From: Naegleria gruberi
Lineage: Eukaryota
Length of the DNA stretch: 64,000 nt
Strand: one strand, 5' to 3'
Assembly (NCBI GenBank): GCA_000004985.1
Contig: GG738872.1
The position numbers and the translations under genes are program-made. Shown here one piece after another: positions 1 through 12,500 of the stretch (its first letter is position 1; every line of letters starts with the position of its first letter). Under the pieces are notes generated by a model. It was not told the origin of the DNA. It did no database searches and was given only the letters and a program-made list of their open reading frames with translations.

Positions 1-224
1 ATTATCAATAAAGTAGATGATCTTCCTTGTTGAATCTCTCATTAAAATAAATGGGTTTAAAGTTCTGCTACTTGGGGTTATTCCAGCAATGGTTGCAATT
101 TTTCTATTCGAAATTTCACTAATGTGAAAAAGATTCGTCACAATAATGCTCGAGTTTTGTCTGATAGCTGAAGGGAAATATCTTTTAAACGAGTTTCGTA
201 TTGAATTTGAAATAAATTGAACAC

Positions 225-2337
225 TTACAGAGCAGAATTTTCTATTGGAATATTCTCACCATTGAATCCAGTAATATGGAAGGGTTGAATATTATTCGAA
301 ACATTGACTTGTAGGCCAGAAATTTTCTTCAGTGAACAGTTTTCCAATTGAAAATCATAGAGTTGACCTGCATTCCAAAAAAATAGAGCATTTTTACCAT
401 TCTTGGAAATTCCATTAAAAGGAAAAGTTGTTGGAATTGGAATAGTAATAACTGACGTTGATCCATTCTTAAAATCGAGATATTCGTACAGAGTATTCAC
501 AGCATTCGAATAGGAAAATATTGAATTACAATTAGGATATCTTAAATTTGGAAAAATACTAATTCCATCATTCCCTTTTTCTATAATTGGTAAAGTATAC
601 AAAACAGTTGAATTTTGAACAGCTAGTACAAAATTAGGAGCATTTCTAACAAAAATTGTCGAATTGTCAAACGAATCTCCAACTGCAGCCAACAAGGAAG
701 AAGAAATATATGGCGCGGTAGAAAATACAAATTTCAAAATTTGATTTTCCAAATTGAAATTGTAAATTCGACCACTATCACTATAAATTAATAAATCACC
801 ATTTCCAATATAAAATGCATTTAACATATGGAGAGAAATACGTTGTGGAATATTGGCACTGTACTTGGGAACAGTTTCTGGTTGACAGCCCAAAACTGTT
901 TGTAACTTTCCATTCGAAACCTTTCGTAAGTAATAGTAACTGTCAACAAAGTACAACTCATTATTGTGGTAGAATGGGAAAGAAGGAGTTCCTGTTGAAT
1001 ACATTTGGAATGGAGAAATATTTTCACCTTTTGGGTGAATAACTATTCCACCAGATAATGTGGAAACCATTTTGCTTTGTAAATCAATCTTTCTAATACA
1101 TCTATTCGATTTATCTGCCACTATTACTGTATTTTGAGTGACAATCAAAGACGATGGTTCATAAAACTTGGTATTTGAAGAATCGTATAATTGATTATCG
1201 CCACTGTATCCCTCTGAACCTCCAACTAAAATTTGACTTTGGGCAGAATTCACTAATTTCATTTGTACGAAATTATTAGTTTGAGATGAAGTGTAAATTT
1301 CACCTCCATTAGTAACATAGACACCATATCTTTGAATTGGTTATTAATTACACCATTCAATTATTCACTTACAAATTAGATTGAGCCACTCCTCCATCCA
1401 CAATTCTATAATTTCCATTTTCGTCAATTGACTTGAGTCTTTCTGCATCTGTGAAATAGACAATATCCTTATTTCCATTAGAAATAACGAATATATTCTT
1501 TGGAGATTGTAATTTCAAAAGCTTGGCATCTACACCATCATAATCACCATTTAAATAACCACCTCCTCCAATGACAGTAATTTGTAATGTTGAAATTTCG
1601 TATTTTTTGATTAAATTATTATCTGTATCTGAAATATAAACAAATCCATTCACAGAAACATAAACACCTCTTGGATTATTAAACGTATGTGCGATAGATG
1701 ATGTTGTTCTTGTTCTATTCGAAACTATTCTAATCCTGTTGTTGAGTGAATCAGCAATAAACAAATCACCATTTAATGGATTCACAGATACAGCTGTTGG
1801 TGTATCCAACAAAGTACCCACAGCCTTCAATCCATCTCCATTATATCCACTCGTTACATATCCAGCATAAACCTCTACCAATGACATTGTGTTAAAAATC
1901 CTAAAAACTAAATGTCTCTCAGCATCCGAAACAAATAAATCACCATTCAAACCGAGACACATTCCAGTGGGGGATAACATGTAGGCATATTTTGCCTCCT
2001 CCACTCTTTCTAAAGTATTGTAAAAACCATCCAGTGTTTGTATGTAATAATTGGGAGGTGTCGATAAGGAAGATACTGTTGAAAGATTAGTCAAGAATCC
2101 AACAATGACAACAAGAAGAAGATAAAAGTAAGTGAGCGGTAAAGGTCTGGTCAACATGTTGGTGCTTATTTTTTTTGAGCATAATTTCAAGGTATTATGT
2201 GTTAGTACTATCTTTCCTGAATAGGCAGGTGAATTGTGTTGCGCTATACGTAAACAATGAGCAATGTTGGCAGTCTGGTCATTTTGAGTGTAACACAAAC
2301 AACAAAATTTCCATGTTTTTTCTGAATAAGCACACAT
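225..2337 (-). CDS. NHL-repeat (six-bladed beta-propeller) membrane-anchored protein; exons 2337..1373 and 1329..225
   Basis: Two minus-strand ORFs (1369..2337, 225..1262) are joined by a 43-nt GTAAGT...AG intron that keeps the frame (..AQSN-L-YGVYVTNGG..). There are repeated NHL-like motifs (GDLFIADSLNNRIRIV, NGDLFVSDAERHLVF). An N-terminal hydrophobic anchor (LPLTYFYLLLVVIVGF) lies after a possible alternative ATG at 2157. The 3' end may continue beyond nt 225. Confidence 0.6.
1330..1372 (-). other. spliceosomal intron (43 nt, GTAAGT..AG)
   Basis: The minus-strand donor GTAAGT overlaps the in-frame TAA. The acceptor is ..caattcaaAG. Removing the intron restores a continuous NHL reading frame. 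Confidence 0.55.
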
Positions 2338-2978
2338 CTCATAGTTTACAATAAGGTGAAAATAAAAAAAATTAAATCAAAAAGAAAAGTTGAAGAGGGT
2401 TTTCAATTGAAAACCTTATCCTTGTTGATCATCATAACTATTGTTCAATTGTGTACCATTACAGTAATATATTACTAATACAAAATGTTATATATTGTTT
2501 TAAGAAGAAAAATTCAAGGAAATATATATGTTGATGTGTAAAATAGAATAGATGGAAATTTTCAAGAAAGAACCAATATAAATTTTATATTAAAATTATA
2601 ATAAAACAATATTGAATATTTAAGCCGAGCTGTTTCACTTTTACTTTCTTTTTTACCAATATTTACAATCCCTCATTTACACAAATAGAGAATCTTCAAA
2701 ATACTTTAATATAAAATAAATTTACCAAAAAACCACTTTCTAAACTACCACCTTCTGTACTGGCACCTCAGTAATCTATCTCAGGAGTCCCTCAACTCCC
2801 AGCACCAATCAACAGCTCACAGGAGTTGAACATCATAATTTATGCATTTGCACGATATTTTCGCGTTTTACCTCCCTAAATTTCTCCTCATAGAAGGTAA
2901 AAGAGAGCAAATCAATTTTGAAGCAAATTTCACAAGAAAAAAAAACTCGCGAATCATCAAACTCACAAACACTTTGAA

Positions 2979-4291
2979 ATGTCTATTAATTCCTCGTATT
3001 CGGCAGCAGCAAATCCAGTGGTGGTGGACACAGTGCAAGAGCATGTGGTGGACACACATGGAAAGACAATTATTCAACAATATCATTATCATTATTACAA
3101 TACAGATCCAGCCACCGATGTTAATACTCAACCAAAATCTCAACCTGATGCTATTCCTTCTGTAGTACAACCAACACCAACCAAGACACAGCCAATTCCA
3201 AAAATGGCACAATCAAGATTTCTCACTCCTGCCCAAGTGATTGATAAGTTAAAACTGGATGGTGTGAGAAAATCCAAACTCACCCTCGATCAGACCATTA
3301 TTCTTTCTCTCTTTGCTGGTGTTTTCAAAGGAATTGCTGGTTCAATTTCAATGATAATTGGCGGGAATAATCCTGAAATGCAGAAAAATAATCCTGGAGC
3401 TCAACAGTTAATGTTTGGAATGTAAGTTTTGAAAATTTATGTAATTTTGATGGAATTTGAATGGTGAATGATATGAAAATTGATTGTTTTGTTAATTTGA
3501 TATTGAAATATTTCGAATAATTGTTGAACTAAAGTGTCTTTCCAATAGGATTGACTTTAACCATCATGATGGGTGCTGAACTCTTTACAGGAAACTGCAT
3601 GGTTCTAGTTTTGGGTTTACTCTCTAGAAAATGGGCTACCAAAAAGTTTATCAAACACTATTATCACTTCTCCAAGAATATTCTCCTTTCGTTTACTTTC
3701 AACATGATTGGTGCCTTTCTAGTTTCGTATTTCTTTGTCTACCAAACTCATTTAATGTCTCCAAATGATCCAGATGCCCCCTATTGGATCAAATATGCAA
3801 TGAAACTTGCAGAAACGAAATGTTCCAAAACTTTCGGCTCTTTAGTCTTGAGTGGAATTATTTGTAACATGTTAGTGACCATGTCCATCTTTATAGCCAA
3901 TGCAGCAACCAGTATTGAAGCAAAGATTATTGGATTGTGGCCTGGAATTACTGTTTTCGTTGCATGTGGTTGGGATCACTCAGTTTCGAATAGTTTCTTC
4001 ATTCCACTTGGAATGCTGTATGGAGCTAATGTTTCAGTTTCTGATTTCTTGATTGGAAACTTACTTCCAGTCACAATTGGTAATATCATTGGTGGAAGTT
4101 TTGTAATTGCTGGTCTAATGTACTTTGTAAATGATTTTCGTGCAAAGAATAAGAAACTTGTATTCGAAAGTATTTCCAAGATTTGGAAACGAACTAAACA
4201 AGCTTCACAATCTGTTAATTCCTTTGCCATGAGTCGTTCCATTAGTGAAACTGAACTTGAAAATTCTAATGAAAAAGAAACTTTAATATGA
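2979..4291 (+). CDS. formate/nitrite transporter (FNT) family channel; exons 2979..3421 and 3535..4291
   Basis: ATG at 2979. Exon 1 ends ..GAQQLMFG at a GTAAGT donor at 3422. The acceptor AG is at 3533-34 and gives ..LMFG-I-VFPIGLTLTIMMGAELFTGNC.. in frame. FNT hallmarks are present: GAELFTGN, WPGITVFVACGWDHSVSNSFF, and six TM helices. Confidence 0.85.
3422..3534 (+). other. spliceosomal intron (113 nt)
   Basis: GTAAGTTTTG donor and ..gaactaaAG acceptor. The phase matches (AT|T gives Ile). Confidence 0.7.
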
Positions 4292-4449
4292 AATTTATTT
4301 TTTAATATTTTTTTTTTTAATTGTTTGAAAGAATTGAGAATGGAAAAAACGTTATCTTGTCAACTGGATTGGGAAAATGGATTTTATTTTTGAACATTTG
4401 ATGTCTGACGTTTATACACCCGACATGTTGTATTTTCAAAGCAAAAAAA

Positions 4450-6179
4450 ATGTTAATATTTCTATTCTCCCTGCTCGTTGTCATTCTCGGAGGTCTTTTT
4501 GTCAAACTTTCAACTTCTTTGAAAAAATCATCATCAACAGCTGACAGCAAAAAAACTCAAAATTCTGACAAGAATGATACACCTCAAATTACAACAAACA
4601 AGAGAGAATCAAGTGATGAATCATTCCTAGTCAACAAGGAAGAATTCCAAAAAGTATTTAAAAATGTTTCTTCCAATTTCTTTAAGAATATTTCTGAACA
4701 AATTTCTAAAAACAAAGAAGTGTTGAATTTAATGCATAATTCTGCCAAAATGCCAAGTATGAAGGAATTGATATCAACAATCAAGGGAAAGAGTGAATCC
4801 AATGTTGTTATTTTAGCAGAAGAAGAACAAGCATTGACAGAAATTGGTGATGATGAAGAGACAGTTGACATTGCTACAACTCCAATCATGTCAGATGATG
4901 AGGAAGATGAGGAAGATTTTAGAAAATCAATTTCTACTCCAATTGCTCAAGATGATTCTCCTCCTTCACAAGAAACTGTCCTAAATAAGATGAATGAAAA
5001 GAGAAAGAATATTCTTGCTGAAATTTTGAGTACTGAAGAATATTACGTTAAGGGATTGTTAATTCTTGATTTTGTTTACAAGAAACAAATTGAACAAAAG
5101 AAAATTGTCGATCCAAAAGTTTTAAAAACAATTTTCCAAGATGTTGACCTCGTGTTAAATGTCAATCAACAATTTTTGACTGAATTGAGAAAGATTTATG
5201 AAAAGGAAAGAAATTTGGAAAGATCTTTACAAGATAGAAAGAATAACTTTTCAAGTTTGGGTGAATTATTGAACAGTTATGCACACAGCTTTAAATTATA
5301 CTCTACTTACATTGCTGGTTATAAGAAGGCATCAGCTGCTTTATCTGAAGAAAAGAAAAAGAATAAGAAATTGACTCAATTCTTGGATGGATTGAAACAA
5401 TTGTTGAAGGATCAAGGTGAGAGAATTACTCAATTGGAAAGTTATCTTGTTACTCCAGTTCAAAGAATTCGTAAGTTTTTCATTTCTCTTTTAGTCATTA
5501 ATTATTGATTGACTAATTCACATATGTTTACTAATTGACTCGTGTGAAAATGTGAAAACTCATTGAAAAAACAGCTCGTTACAGATTATTATTAGAAGAT
5601 TTGTACAAAAACACTCCAAATGATGACACTGCAAAGGGACGTCTTGAAGAAGCTCTTGAATTGATTAAAAAGATTGCTCTCTATGTTAATGATGCCGAAG
5701 TCAAAGTTGAAAACATTCAAGTTACTTCACACATGGTTCACAAATTGAAATTGAAAGGTTTCATCAAACCATCAAGATATCTCATTAATTATTGGGCTGA
5801 AGAAAACGATTCTCCAATCCAATGCAGAGCCAATACCTCCAGTAAGATTAACAATTGCGAATTGTACATTTTCAGTGATATTATTGTCTTGCATAAGAGG
5901 TTTGACAGTTTCTTGACCTCAAAGATTGAATTGTTGTTAACTAGAAAGGGAACTAAGCAATCAAGCAAATTGATTGTTAAGGAAGTTCAAATTAATAATG
6001 GATCAAAGAATGGAACCAATGATTTGGATATTAACATCAAGTGGATTTATGAAAATAACTCAACCAAACAATTGACATTTATTGCCAAATCTGCTGACGA
6101 TTTGAAGAAGCTTGAAAGCTCCATTCGTACTGCCATTAATGGATCTTCAACCAATAGTATTTCCCTCTTTAAAAAGTAA
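4450..6179 (+). CDS. RhoGEF (Dbl-homology domain) protein with N-terminal hydrophobic anchor; exons 4450..5470 and 5575..6179
   Basis: The DH-domain signature is split by an intron: ..LVTPVQRI | P | RYRLLLEDLYKNTP. Donor GTAAGT is at 5471 and the acceptor acAG at 5573-74 regenerates the conserved Pro codon. An acidic/Ser-rich N-terminal half precedes the DH domain and a PH-like segment (5650-6120) follows it. Confidence 0.8.
5471..5574 (+). other. spliceosomal intron (104 nt)
   Basis: GTAAGTTTTT..aaaaaacAG. Splicing rebuilds the canonical QRIPRY DH motif. Confidence 0.8.
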
Positions 6180-6645
6180 TTTGTTCAGAGTTGATTTCCA
6201 TAAACATTTTTTAATTTCAAATTTCACTAAAAACTGTTAGATCATTCAGCACCACCTTGTATTAATTTTCATCCGAAGCAAATTCTAATCAACTTGTCCT
6301 GAAAAATAATTGTTTCAATTCGACTTTTGATTTAAAAATCTTTAAAACCTTATGATCACCTTCTTTCATTTGTTGAAGGTTTTTGACATGATTCCTTAAT
6401 ACGATCAGTAACACTTCTTCCAATCAACTTGTTTGATCTCTAATATTAAGTTGACCTTTTAATTATGATATAAAAATAGTTTTCAATCAATTTAATGATC
6501 ATCTCACAATCAAAAGTTAGTATTAGAAGCGAATCAATTTCAACACAAAAAAAATAGCAAAAACATATTCCATAGGACTATTTTAACATCAAAACATTAT
6601 CATCAATATATTTAAATATAATATTAAAAATATAATATTACAATA

Positions 6646-8451
6646 ATGGTATTAGATACATCAAATCCACCAGTTATTATAAACGGAGCTCATACTTTGG
6701 TTGGATGTTTGACAGCATTGGCAATTGCTAGACAATTTAATCAGAGAGTAGTTTTGGTTTCGACTCATTCCGAAGCCTTGCTTGTCAATGAAGCAATTTT
6801 AATTAATTCAAAGAGTGCTGAGAAATTATGTACTCTATTGGAAACCCCACTTTTGCAAAAGGTGGTTCAATGTAGGAATATAGAGGGATATGCAGTGCAT
6901 GATCTGGAGAGAGGTGATTGTCTGATTGAGTTTGATAGTCACAGCTTGTACAAGGCAGTGATGGATAAATTGACTACTAAATATTTGGACATGGTAAAGA
7001 TTGTGTTTGGTATTGGAGAACCATCTGTGCATTTCCAAGTCATTCCACAAGTTTCAACTCTGAAAGTGCCCATTCTGAAGTTTGTGAATAAGGAGGGCAT
7101 GACAGAGGAAATCATTTCCAAGTTTTTATTCGATTGTGAGAGAAAGAGTTTTGTGGTAGCATCCATGTTGCACCATTCGAGCTCTGGTTTAAATCTCAAA
7201 CAATCTTCATCGAGTTACATGTATCAACAATTGGATATTCCTGAAAATTTGTATCCGTTCAAGGAGAGCAAATATCAAGTTAGAATTCAAGAAAATACTA
7301 CCATGATGATCGTTCCAAAATTCCTATCCAATCAATTCTCCACAACATTCTTCTTCAAGATTGATCCACAACTCCAATACGATCAACAGATGGTTGCATT
7401 GAAAATGTTGGAATTTTTAAAGAGTGAATTTCCATTCACCTTTTCATTGGTAACACTTGAGAATATCTATTCGTGGTTTTCCAGCCATTTGGAAACAATA
7501 CAGGATTATCAAGTTACTGCCTCCACTACTGAATGTATTGGATTTCTCAATCAATCAAGGATACCACATTTTGGAGATTATCAATTTATGGAGGTTTTCA
7601 AATTTATCAAAAATCTCGAAAGTTTGGGCATTCCAACAACCAAAAAGATTCCTGCTGAGGATATCAAAAAGTCTATGACTATTCTTGAGATTGACCAATT
7701 CAATAGTGTGAAGGCCATTGAGAGAACATTACATGATTATCAAGTAATGAAAAATACAATGTGGAGATTTACAGGACCTGTGTGGAACTTTTTGAAAATT
7801 CCTGTCATTACTGCCAAACAACACTTGATTGATGTATTTGGAAGAGAAACATCAAGAATGACCACAGCTCAAAAATGGAGGTACAGATTCATCTATGGCC
7901 TATCGGCAATTTTGCTCTATAAGGGTGCAAGTAATTGGTATCATGATAGAAAAGTGGCCAATGATATCATTCGCAAGATTGGAACTGAGAATGAATTGTG
8001 TAAGAAATTGATCAGAAGATGTGTTTCAGGAGATTGTGGCTCCAAAACTGTCAGTCTTATGTTACAGCATGATGAAGGATTGAACTTTTTAGAAATTAAC
8101 ACACTGGTTAATCTCTTAAAAGATTCCAGTAGTAGAGTGGAATTTTTGACACAGTTGGTCTTATCAGGAAATATCAAACAATTAAGTGGCACACAGTTAT
8201 CTTCTCTTTTGAAATCGGCTAACCAATTCATGGAAGATGACAAATATGAATTATTACTCAAATTGTATCCATATGCACAGGTTTCACAACATGAAATTCC
8301 GTTAATAGTTTCCAATTTTGATTTTTTAAAGTATCAAGACAAAGCTAGGGAACTGTTACAACCTGGTTCAAGTAATCAATCACAATCATCGGGGGGTGGT
8401 GTACTTGCTCTTGCTGTTTTAAGTGTATTCTTCATGTTGGGATTGTTGTAA
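6646..8451 (+). CDS. hypothetical 601-aa protein with C-terminal hydrophobic tail (tail-anchored or GPI-like)
   Basis: Long ORF starting at ATG, with host-like codon usage. The C-terminus is ..GGGVLALAVLSVFFMLGLL. I recognise no domain. It lies directly upstream of the glucan synthase gene on the same strand. Confidence 0.5.
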   Translation: MVLDTSNPPVIINGAHTLVGCLTALAIARQFNQRVVLVSTHSEALLVNEAILINSKSAEKLCTLLETPLLQKVVQCRNIEGYAVHDLERGDCLIEFDSHSLYKAVMDKLTTKYLDMVKIVFGIGEPSVHFQVIPQVSTLKVPILKFVNKEGMTEEIISKFLFDCERKSFVVASMLHHSSSGLNLKQSSSSYMYQQLDIPENLYPFKESKYQVRIQENTTMMIVPKFLSNQFSTTFFFKIDPQLQYDQQMVALKMLEFLKSEFPFTFSLVTLENIYSWFSSHLETIQDYQVTASTTECIGFLNQSRIPHFGDYQFMEVFKFIKNLESLGIPTTKKIPAEDIKKSMTILEIDQFNSVKAIERTLHDYQVMKNTMWRFTGPVWNFLKIPVITAKQHLIDVFGRETSRMTTAQKWRYRFIYGLSAILLYKGASNWYHDRKVANDIIRKIGTENELCKKLIRRCVSGDCGSKTVSLMLQHDEGLNFLEINTLVNLLKDSSSRVEFLTQLVLSGNIKQLSGTQLSSLLKSANQFMEDDKYELLLKLYPYAQVSQHEIPLIVSNFDFLKYQDKARELLQPGSSNQSQSSGGGVLALAVLSVFFMLGLL

Positions 8452-9533
8452 AATAAAAGATATATATTTTCCAAATAATTCTTAAATCAATTATTCCTCT
8501 TATTGTTTTAATAAAAAGAAGAAGGAATGATGTAAAAAGTATTGCAATATTAACTAGCTAATGGGTATTTCTGGTATACCTCGATCAGCAACGATATATT
8601 GACGACCTATATTCAAATTAATGGTGCGCTGCAGCCTAAAACAATGGAGCAGAGACGGGGACTTGAAATTGTTGAGTAACATCCATCGTAGAATAATTCC
8701 GTTCACGATCAAATTATTTGCAAAATTCTTACGATTATGGTGCTACCATTTTTTTAAAAATATTAATAAAAATAATTATCTAGAAGATATTCAACACAAA
8801 GATTCGTCAACTAATTTACTTCAAGAAATTAGAATATCTTTTAAAAAATCATCTTTTTGACATCATGGTTGACAATAATACCATCATTAAATAAGCGCCT
8901 ATAATAATTGTTTTGGCGCAAATTCCTAATAAGGTCGCTTTGTTTTTGTACAATTCAACAAAAAGAGTCTTATTTTTGTCTTCAACAAAGCACAACATCA
9001 AAGCAAGCTTAACCAAGAGATTCACAAGAACTAATGGAGGCTCTTTGAAAAATAAATCAAAAAAAAACATCAATTTGGTTTTTGCTTGAGACACAACGGT
9101 TCAGAGTTTTATTTAGCCAAATTCCTATCTATCAATAATCTAGAAAATCGATCTGATTATTTTTCGGAATTGTCTTTTACTAGTGATTAGTAATAATAGA
9201 AAGTCTTAAGCTAAAAGCTCCGAAGAGTAAGTAGAGTCATATTTAATGTTTCTGACATTTGGTTCTGTATGAATACAATCTTGATGGTGCACTATGCTAC
9301 TTTTGTGATACTACTGTTTTAAATAACAAATCTGATCATCATTGTTGTATACAAATATATTTGTATTCAATTTAATAATACTGTGGATCACAACTTTTTG
9401 TATTGGACGGATTACTATTCCAATTTTATACAATCACCTTTTATTAATCTACCAACAACACTTCTTACAACAATCACTGTGTATTCTTATACTCATCAAC
9501 ACTCGAAAAAACCAAAACAACAACAACAAAACG

Positions 9534-12500
9534 ATGCAACCAATAGAAAATATGTTCTCTGGTCTCCTAGATTCGAGTAACAAACAAAACGAGGACTCCT
9601 CCAATGAAGTCACTTCAGTGGACAGTCCCTCAAAATCTAAAAAAGTGTCTGGTATTAGACGTGCTGCTTCAATTCAAGTCGGATTGAGTGATTTCGAATT
9701 GAGTGGTACTAATGTGCCTAATCCAGAATCTATTTCTTTAACACATTTGAGTAAATATGCTATCACTCTGGCTGGTATGCACGAAGTAGTAGAAGAAAAG
9801 AAGGAATTTGTCAAGCTTATCAAGAGATTAGACGAAACAGCCAGTATTATTACTCAAGCACACGATATTATTTATGAGGCAATTATGCAAAATCGTCGTA
9901 TTACTAGTAGTGATGAATGGTTGGTCGATAATTTTTGGATGATCAAGGAACAAATCCACATGACAAAAAAACACTTGCCACTAGGATATGAAAAGGAAAT
10001 GCCAAAGTTGAATAATACAAAATGTGCAGGTTATCCACGTATTTATGGTATTATTTGGGAATTGATTAACTTGGTAAATGGTCAAGTAACAGAAGAGAAT
10101 ATTTTCCAATTTGTCAAATCTTATCAATCTGTCAAACCATTGACAATTGGTGAATGTTGGGGTATTGGTGTTATGCTTCGTTTAGGTCTTTTAGAAAATA
10201 TTAGACGTGTTGCTGATGGTATTATTAGCAGAAGACAAGATTGTAACCTGGCTGATGCTTGGGCAGATCGTTTATTAACTAGTGCTGAAAAGAGTAGTCG
10301 TGATGTTGTTCAAATTCTGTATCAATTATCACAAAGTGAACCTATTATTACAAATGCTTTCGTCTTACAAATTAGTCAACGTTTACAAGGTTCTGATCCT
10401 GTTCTTTCAATTGTAAATACATGGTTAGAACAACAATTGAGTATTAAGGGTATTGATATCGATCAAATTTTCAGAATGCAAAAGCAAGCTAACTCTTCTA
10501 ATCAAGTTACAATGTCATATTCTATTAACTCTTTGAGATTAATTAACAATTTTAATTGGAAAGAGTTTGTTGAAAAATTGAGTCATATGGATGTTATTCT
10601 TCGTAAGGATCCTTCTGGTATTTATTCATATCAAAATTTCCATACCAGAGATAGATGTAGACACGCTATTGAAAGAATTGCAAAGAGATTCAAGATTGAT
10701 GAAAAGCAAGTTGCCAACAAGGCACTTTCCCTAGCAAAGGAAAATCATGAAGTTTTACAGTCATGTGTTTTAGGATCACCAAGAAGAACAAGGTCTGGTA
10801 GTGATGCTGAACCTCCAAGCTCTCCTGGATCCTCTCCTACTGCTCTCTCACCTCGTAGTGCTAGTAATGTTATTAGGAATATGAATCCAGATCAAATGTA
10901 TGACATGAAACTTATTCGTAGAAAAGCTTGTATTACCTATTGGTTGCTTGAAGATGAAGGTATTAAGGAATTGCATAGAGCTTTAGGTTTTAGAATGAGT
11001 CGTTTACCATTTTCATTTGATTTAAGATTCCCAAGCTTTATTACTTCAATTATTTTCTGGACTTGCTTATTTGCTATTGCTTACATTTTCATGACAAAAC
11101 ATTCTTACCAAACACAATTTGATAGATATCTTCCATTTAGTGGAGTGGAAAGTTTGAAATTATATTTTGTTTATGAAAAGTATCTTGCCTTGGTTTTATT
11201 GTATATATCAGTTTTATTTGTAGGAAGTCAACTTGCTGTTAGTTTGACTAACATGACTTTTGTTAGACTCAAATATCCAGCATCGTTGCCATCTATGGAT
11301 TTCAGTACAACAGGTATTCCTGATGAACACAGATCTATTGTTGTAGTACCAACAATGATAACAAGTTCAGATGGTATTAATGAATTATTGTCAGATTTAC
11401 AAGGTAGATATCTTATTAACAGGGACAAGAATATTGTGTTTGGTTTAATTACTGATTTTGGAGATTCAAAGACTGAAACTACTGAAAAAGATGATGCTCT
11501 CGTCAAGCAAGTTGTTGATGGTATCAATGAATTGAACAAAATGTACACAAGAACTCCTGAAGAACAAAGATACTCCAAGACAACTTTCTTCCTCTTCCAC
11601 AGAAAGAGATTGTACAATCCAGTTGAAAAAGTTTTCATGGGTTGGGAACGTAAGAGAGGTAAATTGGCTGAATTCAATACATTTATTTTACATGGTGAAA
11701 AGGGAAGTTTCAGTCATATTATTGGTGATACTACCAATTTGAATACTGTCAAACACGTCATTACATTGGATACTGATACCATGTTACCTTCAGATGCTGC
11801 TCGTGGTTTGGTTGAAATTGCTGCTCACGTTTTGAACGAACCTGTTATTGATAATCAAACTAAACGTGTTACTCATGGTTATGGTTTGCTTCAACCTCGT
11901 GTTAGTAATGGTTTTACTGGTTCTACTAAGTCACTCTATGCTTATATGCACAGTATGGATTCTGGTTTGGATCCTTATACTAGAGAAGTTAGTGATGTTT
12001 ATCAAGATACTTTTGGTGAAGGTTCATTCATTGGAAAGGGTTTGTACAATGTTGAAACTTTTGAAACTGTTTGTGGCGAAAAGTTCCCAGAAAATAGAAT
12101 TCTCAGTCACGATTTGATTGAAGGTTGTTTTGTCAGATCTGGATTGACTTCTGGTATTGAAGTTATTGAAGATTATCCATCAAGTTATGGTGTTGAAGCC
12201 TCTAGAAGACATCGTTGGATTAGAGGTGACTGGCAAATTGCTAGTTATGCTTTCAGTCCTTTCATCTTGACTGCCAAGGGTTATGAAAAGAATACCTTGT
12301 CTGCATTGCATAGATGGAAGATTTTCGACAATTTGAGAAGATCTCTCGTTCCAGCTGCTATGACTTATTTGATTATGAGTACTGCTTTGTTCACTTCCTA
12401 TCACTCCAAGTTGCCATTCGTTGCTGTTCTCGCTGTTCTTTCAATTTATCTCATTCCAACAACAATCAATACTATTATTGATGTTGTCAAGAAACCTGAA

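Noticed and set aside
8621-9094. Small ORFs (79-81 aa) in the intergenic region between the 601-aa gene and the glucan synthase
   Set aside because: They have no ATG context, homology or composition typical of coding sequence. They are probably 3'UTR/promoter sequence.
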